From the NCBI GenBank assembly GCA_900550645.1, contig URTA01000004.1, positions 29,832 to 93,831 of the forward strand: 64,000 bases of DNA, in the 5' to 3' direction. Positions 29,281-39,266 of the stretch are shown here, piece after piece; within the stretch, counting starts at the first letter, position 1, and the number at the start of each line of letters is the position of its first letter. The notes under the pieces were generated by a model. It was not told the origin of the DNA. It saw only the letters and a program-made list of their open reading frames with translations, and did not search any database. Position numbers and translations under genes: made by a program. The stretch is from an uncultured Porphyromonadaceae bacterium. Its GTDB lineage: Bacteria > Bacteroidota > Bacteroidia > Bacteroidales > Muribaculaceae.

Positions 29281-31542
29281 TCAGAATTCGTATGTGTATG
29301 AAACGGAGGGTATGATGGGCAGGAGGCACAGCTTGCGGAAATTGCGGTCAATCGTGCCATATCCCGTGTCCTCTTTCTTTATCGTTATCGCGTTCATGTA
29401 GCAATAGGCATTGTAGAGGCTGAAGTTCCATATCGAGCGGTGGCCGTTCTTGAGCTTCTTGTAGAGGCTCATGCCGATGTCGAGCCGCTGGTATGCCGGC
29501 AGCCGCACATTGTTGCGCCCCGAGTAGTAGCCGATTCCCTCAGTCAGTGAACTGTCAGACTCATTGGAATTTGTTCCAGTGGTCGGTGCGTCGGGAAAGA
29601 AGTCGCTCGGCTCGTCATAGTTGTAGAGCGCGACGGTCATACGGTTGCCGGTCATGAACGTCCACCCGGCATTGAACTCGATTTTTTCATTCAGGCGGTA
29701 GGTGGCGTTGATGTTTATCTTGTGGCGGTTGTCAAACTTGGCAGGGAATTTCAGCCCGCCATTCAGCTTCTCAAACTTGCGCCAGTTCCACATCAGGCCG
29801 TAGCTGACAGTGCCGCGCACCTTGCCGAACTCCTTGGTTACGCTCAGGTCAACGCCGTAAGCCCACCCCTTGCCGCCGGTGATCTTGTCGTCCCAGTCGA
29901 GCTTCGGGTCGATTGAGGAGATGCCCTCGCGGTATTCCACCAGATTGCGCATCTGCTTGTACCACCCCTCAACGGAGAAGAACATATCGCGGGGGAGGTT
30001 GCCGTAAACGCCCACGGAATACTGGTCGCTGCCCAGCGGCTCGAGGCCTTTGCCCACAGGCTGCCACAGGTCGGTGGGGAGGCTTATGTAGTTGCTCGAC
30101 ACCTGCTGCACATACTGGTTGATGCGTGCATACGAGGCCTTGATGCTGTAGTCTTCGGTCACGTTGACGCGCACTGAAGCCCTCGGCTCGAGGCGCGGAA
30201 AGGAGCGGCCGCCGATGCGGTGGCTTACGAAGCGCAGCCCTGCATCGAGCGATGCCCACTCGCCGAAGTTGAACAGGTTGTCAACGTATGCGAACACCTC
30301 ATTTGACCGCACCTGCGGGTTGCCGTTGTTGTCGTTGCGGTAACTGTCAGCGTCGCGATACTCATTCTCGATGCCGTCGGGGTGGTAGTTGTGGTGGACA
30401 TACCCTGCGCCGAGCTTGAGCAGGTATACCTGCCCGAACTGCTGCATATACTGCGCGTTAACCCCGATGTCGGCGATTGAGTTTTTCGTGCCGTTGATTG
30501 AGTAGCCGTATGTCGAGGGGTCGGAGAGGTCGTTCTGATGCTCCTGCTTCTGGCGGTAATTCGAGAAATAGCGCGTATAGTACACCGAGCCGGTCAGCAT
30601 GCCGCCGCCCAGGCGGTAGTCGGCATTGAGCGACACGCCCCAGTTGCCCCATACGAGGCGGTTGGTGTTCTCGTCAAAGAATTTCGTGTCCTCTTCGACC
30701 GTTGTGGATGAGCCGTCAGGGTCGGGATAGGATGAATAACCGCTGTCGTCGGTCTCAAACTTGCGGTCGCCTATCTTGAGGTAGTCACGGCCGTAATATC
30801 CGATTGCGTATATCTTGCCGTCGCCGACTTTCCAGTCCACGCGAGCGTTGAAGTCCATGAAGTTGTAGCCGGCAATGGTCTTCTTGCCTTTCTTGTGCTG
30901 AATGGCGTTGAAAATGGCGAGCGCGGGCAGCCCCACGATGTCTATCCATGAGCGGCGCACTGCCGCGCTGAAAGCGAGCTTGTCGCGGACTATCGGCCCG
31001 GAGATGTAGCCGTTTGCCGCGAGCAGCCCCACGGTGAACTTGCCGGTGAACCGTTCGAAGTCAGGGGCTTTCATCTTGATGTCGGTGATGCTGGAGATGC
31101 GTCCGCCGTAGCGTGCCGGGAATGCCGACTTGAAGAAATCGACGTTGTGGATGGTCGATACGTTGAACGAGGAGAAGATGCCTCCGACGTGGCTGACATG
31201 GTACAGAGGCAGACCGTTGTACAGGAACAGGTTCTGGTCGTTGTCGCCGCCGTGCACATACAGCCCGGCGAAGCCCTCGACACCCTGTGCCACGCCCGGA
31301 AGCGTCTGCAAAGTCTTGACAACATCCGGCTCGCCGAACAGTACCGGCAGCTTCAGGATAATGTCGCCGCTTATCACGTGGCGACCCATTTCTGCCGCTT
31401 TCAGGTTGCGCTGCGCGTCGCTTGCCGTGACTATTACCTCGTCGAGCGTCTGTGCTGGTACGGAGTCAGAGGGCGTTTGCGCAAAGGCGGGGACAGCCGC
31501 CAGTGCCGCGAAAGCCCCCGCCGCAAGTATGCTTTTCATCAT
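29281..31542 (-). CDS. TonB-dependent receptor (plug plus beta-barrel)
   Basis: Signal peptide. TonB-box/plug region (DEVIVTAS, LPGV). 753 aa. Ends in a C-terminal aromatic (EF), typical of OM beta-barrels. Confidence 0.85.
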   Translation of the reverse strand: MMKSILAAGAFAALAAVPAFAQTPSDSVPAQTLDEVIVTASDAQRNLKAAEMGRHVISGDIILKLPVLFGEPDVVKTLQTLPGVAQGVEGFAGLYVHGGDNDQNLFLYNGLPLYHVSHVGGIFSSFNVSTIHNVDFFKSAFPARYGGRISSITDIKMKAPDFERFTGKFTVGLLAANGYISGPIVRDKLAFSAAVRRSWIDIVGLPALAIFNAIQHKKGKKTIAGYNFMDFNARVDWKVGDGKIYAIGYYGRDYLKIGDRKFETDDSGYSSYPDPDGSSTTVEEDTKFFDENTNRLVWGNWGVSLNADYRLGGGMLTGSVYYTRYFSNYRQKQEHQNDLSDPSTYGYSINGTKNSIADIGVNAQYMQQFGQVYLLKLGAGYVHHNYHPDGIENEYRDADSYRNDNNGNPQVRSNEVFAYVDNLFNFGEWASLDAGLRFVSHRIGGRSFPRLEPRASVRVNVTEDYSIKASYARINQYVQQVSSNYISLPTDLWQPVGKGLEPLGSDQYSVGVYGNLPRDMFFSVEGWYKQMRNLVEYREGISSIDPKLDWDDKITGGKGWAYGVDLSVTKEFGKVRGTVSYGLMWNWRKFEKLNGGLKFPAKFDNRHKININATYRLNEKIEFNAGWTFMTGNRMTVALYNYDEPSDFFPDAPTTGTNSNESDSSLTEGIGYYSGRNNVRLPAYQRLDIGMSLYKKLKNGHRSIWNFSLYNAYCYMNAITIKKEDTGYGTIDRNFRKLCLLPIIPSVSYTYEF

Positions 31543-31970
31543 TTCCTTGATGTGAAGTTTACTACAATCTTCGCTTCATCTGGAATAAATGGACTCCCAA
31601 TAAATTCTCCAGACACATCGTATGTTATACCATCCATCTCGAATACGCCCTCAAAAGTGTCAGGAACATATTCAACCACTACGTCTGTAACTTTATTTTT
31701 CTTCTTAAGTCCTTTTATCTTAAGAGTGCTGCTGTGCCTCTTTTCATCAAGGTTGATAAGTTCGGAAGTAACCCGGATTTCAGATACTGAAGTTTTCTCA
31801 ACACCGTCTATGTAAACAGTCGAATGATTGCTGTCATAAGTCCAGTCGCGCGGTCCGCTATGAGGTGTTATGACGCCCGTGGGTTCATATTTGTCGTCAC
31901 AGGATATGAACAGTAGTGCTGTGAGCAGTCCGATGAGCAGGGCTGTACCTGCACTGAAGATTTTCTTCAT
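31539..31970 (-). CDS. Small hypothetical lipoprotein (first gene of the TonB receptor operon)
   Basis: Lipobox FISC. AT-richer than flanking DNA. Overlaps the receptor start by 4 nt. Confidence 0.5.
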   Translation of the reverse strand: MKKIFSAGTALLIGLLTALLFISCDDKYEPTGVITPHSGPRDWTYDSNHSTVYIDGVEKTSVSEIRVTSELINLDEKRHSSTLKIKGLKKKNKVTDVVVEYVPDTFEGVFEMDGITYDVSGEFIGSPFIPDEAKIVVNFTSRK

Positions 31971-32130
31971 AATTCGTGGTTATTGGTTATTTAGTTGTAG
32001 TGTCGTTGGCCTGAAGGTCTCTGACACATTGTTTACGAGCGCAAAGTTAGTTCGCGATGTCTAAATATACAAGCTGCCGCTGGACTTTAACCTTGATGTT
32101 AAATTTTAACACCGTGATTAACAATCTTGG

Positions 32131-33162
32131 CTATTTGGCTTGGCGGAAAGCGTCCATGATGATGGTGGGGCGGCGGTTGCGGAACGCGCCGAGCTTGTAG
32201 CCGTCCAGCACGCCGTCGGCTTCGGGCGCCCAGTACCATACGCCACGGCATGCGCCGTTGCATTCATCGTGGGCTGCGCGTATCAGCGCGGTGATGAATT
32301 TATTCCCCTCCTCGGGAGAGTTCGCCTCAACGCCGGTCTCAACTATCATGATGTCAGTGCCGTATTTCGCTTTCAGGGCGCGTATGTTCTCCACGGCGCG
32401 GCGCAGCAGTTCCTCCTCGCTGCTGACGCTTCCGTCCTGCATGCTCCAGTAGGGGTAGAGGCTCATGCCTATCATGTCCCATTTCGCGCCGTTGCGCTGC
32501 AAGCCGTCGAAGATGCGGTTGTACAGCTCGCTGTCGAAGCCGCTGTCGAGGTGGACTATCACTGCTGCATCGGGGTATACGCTCTTGACTGCATCATATC
32601 CGGCAGCGGTAAGCCCGGCGTATTGCGGCATCTGCGTCTCGGCACGCGCCATGTCCCATAGCATGCCGTGGGTGGTCTCGTTGCCGACCTGCACCCAGCG
32701 CACATCCACGCCGTGGGCGCGGAGCATCTGCAGCGTCGAGGCGGTATGCTCGCGCAGCGCACCGCGCATTTCCTCATAGCCCATGCCGCGCCAGCGTGCC
32801 GGAATGTTCTGCTTGGCGGGGTCTGCCCACCAGTCGGAGTAGTGGAAATCAACCATTACGGGCATGCCGGCGTCCTTGGCACGCAACGCCATGCGCAGCA
32901 CGTCCTCGGGCGAGCAGAAGCCGTCTGTCGGGGCTACCCATACGCGCAGCCGCACCCCGGCGATGCCGTAGTCTTTCATCAGGCTGTACAGGTCGCGTTC
33001 GCGGCCGGCGGTGTCGTAGAATTTCGCACCTTGGCTTTCAAGGTAAGACACTCCGGAAATGTCTGCGCCGAGGATGAAATCGTCTTCGGCATGAAGAACA
33101 GAAGAAACTGCCGTCAGCAGCGAGGCTGCGGCGCAAATCAGAAATCGGGGAAATCGCTTCAT
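32131..33162 (-). CDS. Glycoside hydrolase family 53 endo-beta-1,4-galactanase
   Basis: Signal peptide. GADIS start of the mature domain. Catalytic VQVGNE (acid/base) and IMIVETG (nucleophile) motifs. Confidence 0.75.
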   Translation of the reverse strand: MKRFPRFLICAAASLLTAVSSVLHAEDDFILGADISGVSYLESQGAKFYDTAGRERDLYSLMKDYGIAGVRLRVWVAPTDGFCSPEDVLRMALRAKDAGMPVMVDFHYSDWWADPAKQNIPARWRGMGYEEMRGALREHTASTLQMLRAHGVDVRWVQVGNETTHGMLWDMARAETQMPQYAGLTAAGYDAVKSVYPDAAVIVHLDSGFDSELYNRIFDGLQRNGAKWDMIGMSLYPYWSMQDGSVSSEEELLRRAVENIRALKAKYGTDIMIVETGVEANSPEEGNKFITALIRAAHDECNGACRGVWYWAPEADGVLDGYKLGAFRNRRPTIIMDAFRQAK

Positions 33163-33172
33163 AATCAGATAG

Positions 33173-34219
33173 TCATTTGGTATTCAACATAGTCTCGGCG
33201 GCAGTCTGCGCATCGGTGATGCCGGCGGCAGCGGCTTGCTCATACCAGTATTGCTGTGAGTTGGTGCGCTGTGTGCCGGGAGGGAGGGCATCGTCGGGTA
33301 TCTGCTGCAATGCGTCGGGGAACATGTCGAGCATCTCGGCGATGACAAACTGCGCCGGGGCGTACCCGGCTGTCGCGGCGCGGTAGAAGTGGATAATCGA
33401 GAGAGTGTGGTCGTATGCCGTGCCCAGTCCACGCGAGCAGGCATCGCCGAGCAGGGCTTCGGCGTGTGCGTTACCCTTTTCGGCGGCTATGCGAAACAGG
33501 AACACGCCGACCGTCGGGCCTCGGCGCAGGTAATGGCGCAACCCGAGGCGCACTGCCTCTTCGGAGGGCAACTGGCGGTAGCTTTTGCCGCGCAGCGCGA
33601 GCAGTTTCAGCTGCGCATCTGCAAGTCCTCGGTCAATGGCGAGAGTGTACAGCGAGTCGGCGCGGAGGGTGTCGCAGGGTACGCCTTCGCCGCATGCGTA
33701 TAGGTCGCCGAGCATGGCGGAGGCGGTAGCCACGCCGCCGTCGGAGGCACGCCGCAGCCAGTATGCCGCCTTGGCATAGTCGCGCTCTACCAGTTCCCCC
33801 TCGGCGAGCAGCCACCCGAGGTTGTTGTAACTGCGCACGTCGCCGAGTTGCGCAGCCTCTTCGATGAGTGCCAGTGCGCGGCGGGTGTCACGCGGCACGC
33901 CCTCGCCACGGTAATACTTGAAACCGAGATAGTTCAGCGCGGCTGGCGACTTCATGTCGGCGGCACGCTGCAGCAGCTGCATTGCCACTGCGCTGTCGGC
34001 AGCAACGCCGGGTACGCCGCGCTCGAAGACGGAGGAGAGACGGAACACCTCGGCGGCATCGGCAGTGTCGGCACGCGCTATCAGGGCGCGGCGCAGCGAG
34101 TCCGTGTCTATCGCGGCAGCAGGGCCGTTGCCCACGGCATGCGTCCGGGGCATAAGCGCGGCTGCTACCACCGCCATCAACAGCAATATGGGACACCTTC
34201 TGCACATGCCGCAGGTCAT
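33173..34219 (-). CDS. Sel1-like repeat (TPR-like) protein, secreted
   Basis: Several Sel1 repeats (ALNYLGFKYYRGEGVPRD, NNLGWLLAEGELVERD, MLGDLYACGEGVPCD). Confidence 0.7.
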   Translation of the reverse strand: MTCGMCRRCPILLLMAVVAAALMPRTHAVGNGPAAAIDTDSLRRALIARADTADAAEVFRLSSVFERGVPGVAADSAVAMQLLQRAADMKSPAALNYLGFKYYRGEGVPRDTRRALALIEEAAQLGDVRSYNNLGWLLAEGELVERDYAKAAYWLRRASDGGVATASAMLGDLYACGEGVPCDTLRADSLYTLAIDRGLADAQLKLLALRGKSYRQLPSEEAVRLGLRHYLRRGPTVGVFLFRIAAEKGNAHAEALLGDACSRGLGTAYDHTLSIIHFYRAATAGYAPAQFVIAEMLDMFPDALQQIPDDALPPGTQRTNSQQYWYEQAAAAGITDAQTAAETMLNTK

Positions 34220-35751
34220 TTCGGGGTCATCGTCACAAGCGGCACGAGCATCTCCTCCATGGATATTCCGCCGTGCTGGAATGTTCCGGTATAGTATTGC
34301 ACATAGTAGTTGTAGTTGTTGGGATAGGAGAAGAAATCCTCGTTCAGGGCATATATGAACTCGCTGGAGACGTTGGGCGAGGGCAGCCCGAAGCGTTTTG
34401 GCTGGTGCATCTCATATACCTGCTTGGCGTTGTATTTCAGGTTTTTGCCCACTTTGTAGCGCAGGTTGGTGTTGGTGTTCTTGTCTCCGACTACCTTGAT
34501 AGGCTTGTCTACACGGATGGTGCCGTGGTCGGTGGTCAGCACCACCTTGTAGCCCATCGAGGCGATGCGGCGGAACAGGTCGAGAGTCGACGAGTGGCGG
34601 AACCATGACTCGGTCAGCGAGCGGTAGGCGGCATCGGAGTTTGCGAGTTCGCGTATCATCTTCGACTCGGTACGGGCGTGCGAGAGCATGTCGATAAAGT
34701 TGAGGACGACGACATTCAGGTCGTTGTCTTTCAGGTCGTTGATGCGTTGCAGGAACTTCTCGCAGGAGACGGAGTCGTTCAGCTTGGTGTACGAATACTT
34801 GTCTTTGCGGCGGAAGCGTGCGAGCTGCGTCCCCACGAGTTCCCCCTCGTGAACGTTCAGCCCCTCGTCCTCGTCCTCTTCGACCCAGTACTGCGGGTAC
34901 ATTGAGGCTATTTGCGCTGGCATGAGGCCTGCAAAAATGGCGTTGCGGGCATACTGCGTCGAGGTGGGGAGAATGGCGGTGTAGAGGTCTTCGGAGATGT
35001 CGAACATCTCCGTCATGAGCGGCTGAACCACACGCCACTGGTCGAGGCGGAAATTGTCGATGAGTATGAAGAAGACTTTCTCCCCCTTGTCGAGCATTGG
35101 GAACAGCTTGTGCTTGAAGATGTCGGGACTCATGAGCGGACGTGTCTCGGCATCGATCCACTCCTCATAGTTGCGCTTGACGAACTTGCAGAAGCCGGTG
35201 TTGGCGTCGCGCTTCTGCATCAGCAGCATCTCGTCGAGGTTGGACTCCGCGACGGTGAGTTTCAGCTCCCAGAATACGAGCTGGCGGTAGACGTCCATCC
35301 ATTCGGTGAGCGAAGCGGCTTGGTTTATCTGCATCGCAATCTTGCCGAAATCCTGCTGGTAGCTTGTCGAGGCCTGAGCCGCCACCAGCTCGGTGCTGTG
35401 CAGGTTCTTTTTGAGCGACAGCAGTATCTGCATCGGATTGACCGGCTTGATGAGGTAGTCGGAAATCTGGTTGCCGATGGCTTGGTTCATCAGGTTCTCC
35501 TCCTCGGACTTGGTAATCATGATTACGGGTATGTCCGGGTGGGCGTGGTTGATGCGCTCGAGTGTTTCGAGCCCCGAGAGGCCAGGCATGTTCTCGTCGA
35601 GCATTATTAGCGAGAATTTCTCGTTGTCGAGGGCATCGAGGGCATCGCGGCCGTTGCTGACGGTCACGACATCGTAGCCCTTGTTTTTCAGGAACAGTAT
35701 ATGGGGTTTCAGCAAATCGATTTCATCGTCTGCCCAAAGGATGCGATCCAT
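34216..35751 (-). CDS. porX: PorX-like response regulator (receiver domain plus C-terminal PglZ/alkaline-phosphatase-like domain), T9SS regulator
   Basis: CheY-like receiver (DDEIDLL...IMLDENMPGLSGLE) with phospho-acceptor Asp. About 360 aa PglZ-type C-terminal domain. 511 aa matches PorX. Confidence 0.7.
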   Translation of the reverse strand: MDRILWADDEIDLLKPHILFLKNKGYDVVTVSNGRDALDALDNEKFSLIMLDENMPGLSGLETLERINHAHPDIPVIMITKSEEENLMNQAIGNQISDYLIKPVNPMQILLSLKKNLHSTELVAAQASTSYQQDFGKIAMQINQAASLTEWMDVYRQLVFWELKLTVAESNLDEMLLMQKRDANTGFCKFVKRNYEEWIDAETRPLMSPDIFKHKLFPMLDKGEKVFFILIDNFRLDQWRVVQPLMTEMFDISEDLYTAILPTSTQYARNAIFAGLMPAQIASMYPQYWVEEDEDEGLNVHEGELVGTQLARFRRKDKYSYTKLNDSVSCEKFLQRINDLKDNDLNVVVLNFIDMLSHARTESKMIRELANSDAAYRSLTESWFRHSSTLDLFRRIASMGYKVVLTTDHGTIRVDKPIKVVGDKNTNTNLRYKVGKNLKYNAKQVYEMHQPKRFGLPSPNVSSEFIYALNEDFFSYPNNYNYYVQYYTGTFQHGGISMEEMLVPLVTMTPK

Positions 35752-35777
35752 AGTAAAAAGCGTTAACGGTTATTATG

Positions 35778-38700
35778 TCATTGTTCAGCCGGAGCAGCTT
35801 CCTCTTCCGGCTGTGTAAGTTTTTGCGCCGCTTCTTGCTGCGGCGTTTCGGCGGGAGTCTCTTGCGGAGCTTCTTCCGAGGGAGTTCCCTCAGCCGGTTC
35901 AGGCGAAGGCTCTTCTGCCGGTGTTTCAGCGGGTTCTGCCGCTTGCTCGGCTGCGGCCTCGGGCGTTGGCTCTGTAGCCGCGTCAGGCTCTGTGGCATCG
36001 TCTGTCGTGCCTACGACAGCCTCCTCGGTCTGCTCGACGGCAGCCTTCTCCTCGTAGCGGAAGTATTCATCGAAAGAACGTCCCTCGCGCAGCAACAGTT
36101 CAAAGTTGGGGCGGCTTATCATTATAGGTCGCACAGCCTCTGGCAATACCGTCTGCGGAGCCTGTGCCAGGACGGTGCGGTAATGCTCCAGCTGGCGCAC
36201 GTTGGCAAAACCTTTGACTATCAGCAGCCCGACGTTGCCGAAAGCCATTTGCTCCAAGTCGAAGTCCTGCGTGGTGAATGTCGAGAAGTTGAAGCGAGCC
36301 ACGTCATAGAGCAGCTGGTTGGCGTTGATGGAGTCACGCGGGAATGCCAGCACGAGATACTGCGGCGAGTTGGGGTCATGCTCGAAATTTGCAGGCTGCC
36401 CATTGGCATCCGTAGGCGTGTCGCCGCCGTCGGCCGTGAGGCGTGTGTCCCAGAGCATGCCTCGGCTGTTGCCCTGGCCGCCCTTGATGGTCATGCCCTG
36501 CTTTAGGTTTTTCAGCATGCCCGAGGCCATTTCGGTCATGTCGGTGTCAGGCCACTTCTCGAGCAGCTCCTGCAGCCGCTCGCGGAACTTCTCGGTGTTG
36601 CCCTCTGTTACGTAGCTCAAAGCGTCGAGGAACACGAATTTCGGCATCAGCGGCGACAGCGGGTATTCCTCCGTCACGTCAGCTACGAGCGAGCGCACGC
36701 GCTTGTTCTCGTTGTTCAGGTACGCCTGGTATGTCTCGGCATACATTTCCTCCTGCCGTATGTACATGCGCCGCAGGTTGTTGAAATAGGAGGGGTCTGC
36801 CATGGCCTTGCCGTAGGTGCTTTCGGCGAAATCAGTCAGTATCTTGCTGCGCCAGCGTTCAGCCTCGGCGGTGTCCTCCTCGCGTACAGCCATGAGGTAC
36901 ATGTTGTAGTATACGTCGAGGCGGTAGATGTTGTCGGGATAATTCTCCTCGAGGCGGTTGAACTCGTTGCGGGCCGAGGGGTAGTCGTCGAGCTTGTCCT
37001 TGAGTATCACGCCCATGTTGTAGAGGCCTTCCTGTATGATGTCGTTGCAGTTCTGTATCTCCTCTTCGGTCTTGGGTATCTGCGCCAGGTAGTACTCTAT
37101 GTTGTGCGGGTCGGAGGCTGCATTGATGCTGTCGGCTGCGGCACGCTCCTCGGGCGAGGCGTTGGCGAGCGAGTCCGGCACTTCGCTGTCGGTGTCTGAT
37201 ATTTCGTCGAGCGAGAACGTATTCTTGTTGCGCCGCCGCCAGTCGTCCTCGAGCTTGCGTGCGCCCCACCGCTTCTGAAACTCCTGTTTGCCGGTGTTCT
37301 TGGCCTGTGTGTTGTAGAAATACCACGACTTGTCGGTATTCATCTGGTACTGCTGTGGGGCGTTCTGGTTGGTGTTCTGGTTGCCCTGGGCGCGTTGCTC
37401 GGCGAGGTATTCCTCGCGTTTGGCGGCTTCCTGCTCCTCCTTCTCGCGCTTCTTCAGCTCGTCCACGAGTTTTTGGCACGCTTTCTCCTGCTCCTCCGGT
37501 GTCATTTTTGCGAGCGTGAGCAGCGAGTCCTGCAGGTGCACGTTGCCGGCGTATGTGCTGAGTTCGTCCAGCACGTCGCTGCGCCGCTTCAGCACCTTAT
37601 AGTCCGGATAGTTGTCATTGAGTTGTGGTATGGCCTCGGAATAAAGCGGCTGCGCCTTGACATAGTCGCCCATGGTGAAGTAGATGCCGCCCAGAGCCAC
37701 CTGCGCCAACGCCTTGTCGATGCCGTTGCGCGTCGATTTCTCGATGGCGAGTGCGTAGCTTTTGATAGCCTCCGTGCTGTCGCGGCGTGACAGGTAGAGG
37801 TTGCCTATGGCGTAGTATATCTGGTCGAGGTACTCGTTGTTGCGGCCGTAGCGGGCCATGCGCCTCAATGCGCTGACTTCGCCCTTGATGTCCGTGCCGG
37901 TGAATACCTCGCTCTGCTTGATGCGTGCGTTGAACTTGGCGCGGTATGGTGTCGATGCGCCTCCACCGGCCTTCTGGTAGGCATAGTAAGCCTTGCTCTT
38001 GTCGCCGAGGCGCGAATATACCTGCCCGAGCAGGAAATACTGTCGGTTGCGCTGTGTGCCGTGGCTTCCCTCGGCAGCGCGTTGCAGGTAGGGAACAGCC
38101 TGCTCCAGCCGGCCGGCGCGGACTGCGAGGTCTGCCTGTACCACGTCATACTGGTGTCGCAGCGACTTGGTTGTCAGCCGCCGCTCATCTATTTTCTGCA
38201 GAATGTTTTCCGCTTCGTACTGCCAGTCCATGGCGCAGTATGACCATGCCTCCCACAGCTGTGCCTCCGTGACCGTCTGCGGCAGCCATGTGAAATGCTT
38301 CCCGATGTAGAAGAAAGTCGCCGCCGCGCCCAGAAAGTCGCCGCCGAGGAACTGGCTCTTGCCCATGAGCATCCACGCATTGTGCAGGAACGGGTTGAAC
38401 TCGTCGCGGGCGCGGAACTCTTTCTCCTTCTTCGAGCCGGACTTTTTCGCTGGCTTTTTCTTGATGGAATGGAGCTGTATGGCCTTCTGCATCTTCTCGA
38501 TAGTGCGCTTGAAATCGCCTTGCGGCTGCGGCAGCTTGCTGTTGGCACGAGCCTCCGCCGGGTGCATCATGACAGTGCGCGTGTAGTCGTCCTCATAGCC
38601 TTGCTCCATGGTTTTGAGCGTCTCTATATAGTGCTGCGAGCCGTTGAAATATACGTTGTAGCGAGTGTTGAACGCCTGCCAGTTGCGCGACATGGCGGTG

Positions 38701-38804
38701 TTCTTCTTCGTGGAACAGGCACACAGACACACCAGCACAGCCGCACACAGCAGTGCCAACGAGGCGTATCGCACACGAAGCGTTCCTCCGCTCATGGTCT
38801 TCAT
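35778..38804 (-). CDS. sprE: TPR-repeat lipoprotein, PorW/SprE-like (T9SS component), with acidic Pro/Glu/Ala-rich C-terminal tail
   Basis: Lipobox CACS followed by TKKNTAMSRNWQAFNTRYNVYFNG, which resembles the SprE family N-terminus. Multiple TPRs. Lies immediately upstream of the PorX-like gene. Confidence 0.55.
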   Translation of the reverse strand: MKTMSGGTLRVRYASLALLCAAVLVCLCACSTKKNTAMSRNWQAFNTRYNVYFNGSQHYIETLKTMEQGYEDDYTRTVMMHPAEARANSKLPQPQGDFKRTIEKMQKAIQLHSIKKKPAKKSGSKKEKEFRARDEFNPFLHNAWMLMGKSQFLGGDFLGAAATFFYIGKHFTWLPQTVTEAQLWEAWSYCAMDWQYEAENILQKIDERRLTTKSLRHQYDVVQADLAVRAGRLEQAVPYLQRAAEGSHGTQRNRQYFLLGQVYSRLGDKSKAYYAYQKAGGGASTPYRAKFNARIKQSEVFTGTDIKGEVSALRRMARYGRNNEYLDQIYYAIGNLYLSRRDSTEAIKSYALAIEKSTRNGIDKALAQVALGGIYFTMGDYVKAQPLYSEAIPQLNDNYPDYKVLKRRSDVLDELSTYAGNVHLQDSLLTLAKMTPEEQEKACQKLVDELKKREKEEQEAAKREEYLAEQRAQGNQNTNQNAPQQYQMNTDKSWYFYNTQAKNTGKQEFQKRWGARKLEDDWRRRNKNTFSLDEISDTDSEVPDSLANASPEERAAADSINAASDPHNIEYYLAQIPKTEEEIQNCNDIIQEGLYNMGVILKDKLDDYPSARNEFNRLEENYPDNIYRLDVYYNMYLMAVREEDTAEAERWRSKILTDFAESTYGKAMADPSYFNNLRRMYIRQEEMYAETYQAYLNNENKRVRSLVADVTEEYPLSPLMPKFVFLDALSYVTEGNTEKFRERLQELLEKWPDTDMTEMASGMLKNLKQGMTIKGGQGNSRGMLWDTRLTADGGDTPTDANGQPANFEHDPNSPQYLVLAFPRDSINANQLLYDVARFNFSTFTTQDFDLEQMAFGNVGLLIVKGFANVRQLEHYRTVLAQAPQTVLPEAVRPIMISRPNFELLLREGRSFDEYFRYEEKAAVEQTEEAVVGTTDDATEPDAATEPTPEAAAEQAAEPAETPAEEPSPEPAEGTPSEEAPQETPAETPQQEAAQKLTQPEEEAAPAEQ

Positions 38805-38839
38805 CTAATGGATAACGGCGCTTGGCGGCTGATTATTGC

Positions 38840-39127
38840 CTACTTTTTGCGCCGTTTGCCGCGTCTGCGGAAATGGTCGTTGTACATCTTGATGCCGAAT
38901 ATGACTGCGCTGCACAGGAATGTTATGGTGTTGGTGACCACCAGCGGGACGTTGCCGATGGCGATGCCCTGGACAGTGAAGAACAGTGCACCGAGTCCCA
39001 TGAGCAGGAACGTCGGCACGGCGATGCTGTCCGTCTCGCGGGTGCGGATAGTGTACACGGCTTGCGGCAGGTATCCGAAAATCATACATACCGCCGCTAT
39101 CGTCCCGGCTACAGATGCAATGTCCAT
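38840..39127 (-). CDS. SemiSWEET/PQ-loop family sugar transporter (3-TM)
   Basis: 95 aa. Three TM helices. PQ motif (YLPQAVYTIRTR). Confidence 0.7.
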   Translation of the reverse strand: MDIASVAGTIAAVCMIFGYLPQAVYTIRTRETDSIAVPTFLLMGLGALFFTVQGIAIGNVPLVVTNTITFLCSAVIFGIKMYNDHFRRRGKRRKK

Positions 39128-39266
39128 TGTAGTTTCAGATTTTGGTATATACCATGTAACGAACCCTTATTCAATATCGTATAGTCCTCCCTTGTTGCAA
39201 GCTGTGTGGCAATCTTGGTTTTTTTGACTATATTTGCAGCGTAAACACAACAACATTTTCTGCGTA

